Below, piece by piece: positions 59,282 through 64,000 of a stretch of DNA of 64,000 bases (positions are counted from its first letter, which is position 1; every line of letters starts with the position of its first letter). Under the pieces are notes generated by a model. The model was not told the origin of the DNA. It did no database searches and was given only the letters and a program-made list of their open reading frames with translations. Source of the stretch: Fonticula alba ATCC 38817 (taxonomy: Eukaryota; Protista; Nucleariida); the NCBI GenBank assembly GCA_000388065.2, contig KB932202.1. The stretch is one strand, 5' to 3'. The position numbers and the translations under genes are program-made.

Positions 59282-60980
59282 ATGGCCTCGCCCTCCGCGC
59301 CCGCGGCCGCCAGCTCGGGCACGGCCCCCGGCCCTGCCCCCGGCCCTGCCTCCACCTCCGGCCTTCAGCCGGCAGCTTCGCCGGACGCCCGCGCCGCGGC
59401 CGACCAACACCTGGCCGGTCGGCTGCATGGCAATGCCGAGGCCCTGGCCACCGCGCGATCCTACATTGCCCGGCTCTGGGCCGAGCTGACCTTCAACTCC
59501 CTGGATTCGATCCAGTCGCTGACGCGCGAGGCTCGGCAGCATGCGCTGGTGTGGAATCGCGCGCTCGGCGTGGTCGAGGCCGTGGCCGAGTACACGCTGG
59601 CCCGGTCGCACGACCCCCGCACGCGCATCGCCGCCCTCTACCTGATGGACTCCATTTGCAAGGTGGTCTCCGGCCCGTACGGGTCTCTTTTTGAGCGCGG
59701 CGTCTTCGACCGCTTTTGCCAGGTATACAACCTGTGCTCCAATGACCCGCCCATGAATGACCGGCGGGCCCTGGTCAAGCTCTTCAACACCTGGTGCACA
59801 TACCGGGTATTTAGCCTGCAAACGCTGAACCAGCTCCAGGGGTTCCTGCAGCAGGTGCGCGCCCCGCCGCCGGCCCCTTCGTCGGGCGCCGCGGCCGGAG
59901 GCCAGGCTGGCCAGCGCCCGGCCGGCCAACGGCCAGCCGGCCAACGATCCGCCAGTGCCCGCGCCTCTCCGGCGCCCCCGGCCGGGGGCCCAGCGTCCAG
60001 CCGGCCCTCTCGGGGCCCGGCCAGCGGCCCGGCCCCTGCTGCCATTCCCCTGGCACCGGCCACGGCTCCCCCTTCAGGGCACTTTGCCGCCCCCTACTCC
60101 CACGATGAAAGGTGTGCCCTCCCTCCCGCCAGGCACTGTCCCCACCCCCGATAGAACCCTCCCCCCCCCCACTTCCGCATTTCCTGCCCAACTCACCTCC
60201 CTTCTCCCCTTCTCGCTTGCCCTCCCTTCCGGTCCCCCTGCGCAGCAGCCTCCCCACTGCGCCTCCCCCTCCCGTCCCTTCACACTATGCCGCCAGTGGC
60301 GGCTACTCCGGCAACTACTCCGGGGCCTATGGCTCACAGGCACCGGCCGCGCCATATGCCGGGGCTTATGGCACAACCCCAGCCCCCGTGGGACACTTTG
60401 TGCCGGCCCCGGTCGCCGCGCCGCCGCCGGTCGTCGCCCCCACCGATGGCCATGGCCCGCATGGGCGCTTTGAGCAGCACCGGCCCGTGGCCCCGGTTGC
60501 CATCGGCGGCATCACCCTGCCCCCCTCGACCGGCGTCTTTCTGCCCGTGGCCCCGCAGTCGCCAGCCACCTCGACCGCCGTGCCGGCCATTGGCCTCCAT
60601 ACTTCAGACATATCCCGGTACATATTCCAACTCCCATGCTTTGCTCGCTTGCTTGTTCGCTCGTTTGCCCGTGTTACTGCCACCGGCGGTGCTGGTCGCA
60701 AGGGTGCTGGTGGCGCTGGTGAGGATGTTCATCCTCCTGCGGGGGAGAGCCTGGAAGTCGGGCAGGCGTGGATCGGACAGGGGACCGAACAGGGGCCGGC
60801 GAAAAGGAGGACCTCGCCTTGGCGCTCTTTTTTTGCCCTTTTGTGCCCCCTGCTCGCGCGCATGCGCACATACACCGGGCGTCTCTGTCGCTCCGGTGGC
60901 AACAAGCAAATGTGCCTCTCCTGCCATGGCACGCCCACGGCCGCGGGGCCATCCCGCCGTCGTGGGGCCCCTGTCCCGGT

Positions 60981-61018
<38 letters not shown>

Positions 61019-62321
61019 GGGATGTGCGCAGCCTTGTCGGGGGCCACCAACAATGGCCAGCCGCGACTCCCCTTTATTTGCCCCCCATGCAGGTGCACGT
61101 GCAGCCGCTCGCCAACACCGCCATTGTGCCGTGCACCAGTGTGCGAGGAAGGAACCAAGCAATAAATCAGCGCCCAATCACCTCTCCGGGCCCCCACAAA
61201 ATGCCCTCTTGCCCACCAGCACTACCGCCACCGGCGCAGCAGTGTGGCAGCACACACGGGGCCCTGCCCCGCTCCATGAACCCCCCCCCCCCCTCTTTCT
61301 CCGCCTCCCCCTCGGCACACTGGCCGCGTCTGACCTCGCCCGCGCACGCGCGCTCTCCCTCTTCCTCTCCCTCCTCTTTGTGGGTTTGCGAACAAAAAAA
61401 AACCAGCCACCAACCCGGGGCCTTCCTCTTTATCTACGATGAGCTTTCGCAGCAGTGCCGGCAGTGCGCGCGGCGCTTTGCCCTGAACCCGGCCGGCAAC
61501 TCGCTGCTCGAGCAGCACATGGACCTGCACTTCCAGCAGAACCAGCGCGAAGCCGCGGCTCAGGAGGCCGGTCCCGAGGGGGGTGGCACCTTCCACACCC
61601 GCGCCCCGATGCGGGGCTGGCTCATGCCCCCCTCCGACTGGACCACCTTCACCATGAATGCCCGGGTCAATGTTGACGGTACGCCAGGGGGGTGGGATCT
61701 GCTTTGTCTCCGGCATGTGTGCTCCTCGCGCTCGCTGCGCCCGCCCTTTTTGCCGCGCATCCCGTCGCTCACGCTCTGGTGCCGTCCCTCATGCCCCCGG
61801 CACCGCATTGCCATGGCCACAGAGCCATCCGAATCCCGAGATACCGAGGCCAACACGGGCCCCGATGCCGATGAGCGCGCCGACAAGCGACGCCACATTG
61901 TCAAGGTTCGCCCCGGGGTGACCAATGACCGGACATGCGCCGGCTGCGCGGACCGTCTGACCAAGGCCTACGACCTGGAGCTCGAGGAGTGGGTCTATGT
62001 CGACACAATCCAGCTCGATGGTGTTGTACGTGCATCTCGCGCTCGAATGGTCTCCCCCCCCCTTGTCTGCTCTCGCCGCCGGATCCTCGCGCACGCGCAC
62101 ATACACACACACACATATATATATACACACTTACTATTTATAATCTACACACACATGCAACACTGTCTTACATGCCCCACCCTTCCTCCCGTCGCCAGAA
62201 CTACCACGCCTCATGCGCAGACTCCGGCCTCGGGGCCTCTGCAAAGCGGCCACCCTCTCCCACCGGATCGGCGCCTCACGGCCACTCACAAGATGGCGCC
62301 CTGAAGCGGCAGAAGCATTGA
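59282..62321 (+). CDS. PCF11: Pre-mRNA 3'-end processing / termination factor PCF11 (CID plus two zinc fingers)
   Basis: CID motifs ELTFNSLDSIQSLT, ALYLMDSICK and LVKLFNTW. Zinc fingers QCRQCARRF...HMDLHF...RGWL and CAGCADRL...YDLELEEWVY...YHASC. Stop TGA at 62319-62321. Confidence 0.9.
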
Positions 62322-62864
62322 GCCCCGGTGTGGCACTTGACCGCCGTGGTGCTGTGTCGCCCTCCCTCCTTTCCCCCTCTCCCACACGCGCACACACACA
62401 GACACACGCACATGCACATACGCGCAGCCCGCATGCCCACCCTCGCTTCTCCTGCCTCCTCGCCGGCCTGCTATCCCCCCACACAATAGACACATAAGCA
62501 GCCTCCTGTCCCCGCCGCCGCCTTCTCGATGGCCGCGAAGATCCCGTCCCAGGGGCAGGTGTCTGCCAAGATCGATGTGTGATCATGTGATGGGCGCCCA
62601 TCCGTCCTGATCGACATGCCCATCTCCATCCTTTGCTGCTTGTTGTCGTCGCCCGTCGGGGGGGGGGGGGGGCCCTAGTACAAGGACGCGACCCGAGTGA
62701 GGAGGGACCACACTCGCCAGATGGGGCCGGGAGAGCGTGCACCAGCTCACCCTTCGCTCCTCCTCCGCTTCCGGTCTCTTTTTTCGCCAACCCCCCTCGT
62801 GCCCCTCCTTTTCGTGCATACGATCAAAAAACGCCCCCGCGCACGGAGTCACACCGGCCCGGAA

Positions 62865-63786
62865 ATGGCATCCGTGTCCCTGCGATCGGACATCATCGCA
62901 GCTGCGGCGGTCTTCCTGCGCGATCCGCGCGTGGAACAGGCCGTTGCCGCAACACCCGGCAAGTCGCCAACCCACTTCCTCGCCAGTCGCGGGCTCTCGC
63001 CCCGGGAGATCGGCGTGGCCTTGCGCCTGTCGAAGGCGGTGCCGGCCACGGCCGATGCCAGCCTCCTTGCCGGCTGTCTGACCGCCGTGCAGGAGGCGGT
63101 TGCCTCCGCCGCTGCCCACAATGCCCAGGGGTCGCCCCCGCGGACGGCCTTCGCCCGCCTCGGTCGTGCCCTGCGACTGGCCGCGGCTGTTGGCATTCTA
63201 CTGGCCGCGGTGGAGGCCGCCTCCAGGCACTTGCTCGATCGGCCGCTGCTCCTGCCAATCTGGTCGGCCCTGTGCGTCCGGCTGGGCAGTGCTCTCCGCC
63301 AATCGCGCGCTCTCCTGGGCTGGCCGTGCGAGGATCGCCCCTGTCCCCCGTCGCGCGATGACCATGCCCTCGAGGCGCCTGCTGCCGGAGGGGAAGATGG
63401 GCCATCGCCTGGCCGGGAGCACCAGCCCGGCGAGCTCCCCCCCTCGCAGGCGTCCCCATCGACACCAGCCTCGGACCCGCACTCGACTGAGGCAAATGGC
63501 CCGCCAGGTCGCTTTCCAATCACCCCCCTACCGGGTCCTCTGGGGCTCGGCGGATCGGGGGCAGCAGCCGCTGTTGCTCTTGGTCCGAGCGCCTTTTCCG
63601 GCGGCCTGCAGTTCCTGACGCAAGATCCCCTGGCCAGTCGGTCAGGCGGCGACACCGCTGCAACTGGCACTGCTGCCTCTGCGGCCACTTCGCTGGCTGC
63701 CTCTGGCGGTGGCTCGCCCTTCCCCTACATCCCCCGGGTTGCTGGTCCGACTCCGGTGTTTGCCCCGAGCTTGCGGTCATCGCCGT

Positions 63787-63818
<32 letters not shown>

Positions 63819-63965
63819 CTTGACTCGCCCACCTCCCCGGGGCCCGTGGAGGACCCCTCCTTCTGTGCTGAGGAGGCTGCTGTATTGGACGATGGTGACG
63901 CACTTCCCGAGGGCTCCTCGCCCCTGCCAGAGGCAGCGCCGACGGCTAGTGAACTAAGTGCCTGA
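62865..63965 (+). CDS. PEX14: Peroxisomal membrane protein PEX14-like, single exon
   Basis: Pex14 N-terminal signature RSDIIAAAAVFLRDPRVEQ...FLASRGLSPREIGVAL, a hydrophobic segment (LAAAVGILLAAV) and a low-complexity tail. Confidence 0.75.
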
Positions 63966-64000
63966 TTCCGAGCTCCCTGCCACGCACACACACACACACA

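Noticed and set aside
1-64000. Hundreds of long overlapping ORFs in the six-frame track (e.g. 37859-40417 +, 54776-56863 +, 18654-20102 -)
   Set aside because: They are shadow frames of GC-rich real genes or run through homopolymers and gaps. The translations are R/P/G/A-rich with no motifs.
1-64000. Non-standard genetic code or stop readthrough
   Set aside because: Confident genes end with TGA, TAG and TAA, and conserved motifs translate correctly with the standard code. In-frame stops are explained by introns.

Overview
This is gene-dense, very GC-rich, intron-containing eukaryotic (opisthokont-like protist) nuclear DNA. Introns are GT-AG, often with CTAAC/CTGAC branch-like motifs and long poly-C, (CA)n or (CT)n tracts, and there are seven N gaps. 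The style resembles the Fonticula alba draft genome (inference; not verifiable here). About 16 spliced protein genes can be assembled: a sorting nexin (5' truncated), a PNKP-type FHA protein, a USP10/Ubp3-like deubiquitinase, an orphan low-complexity protein, a type II membrane SGNH/NXPE-like protein, TFIIF alpha (RAP74/Tfg1), RRP40, SF3B3/Rse1, a class I SAM methyltransferase, ELP5, DGAT2, a coactosin-like ADF-H protein, a taspase-1-like Ntn hydrolase, an SH3-DH-PH-PX RhoGEF, PCF11 and PEX14. There is also a head-to-head pair of identical tRNA-Ser(CGA) genes. I found no CRISPR array, transposon, rRNA or prophage. I cannot support a wholly new biological system. The most notable observations are the divergent tRNA pair (A1:U72 pair, shared TATA and flank motifs), unusual domain architectures or insertions (RhoGEF, DGAT2, FHA, SGNH-like protein) and several assembly artefacts, including an embedded Illumina adapter and gap-flanking duplications. 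Exon boundaries were derived by hand from splice signals and phase, so internal boundaries are approximate.
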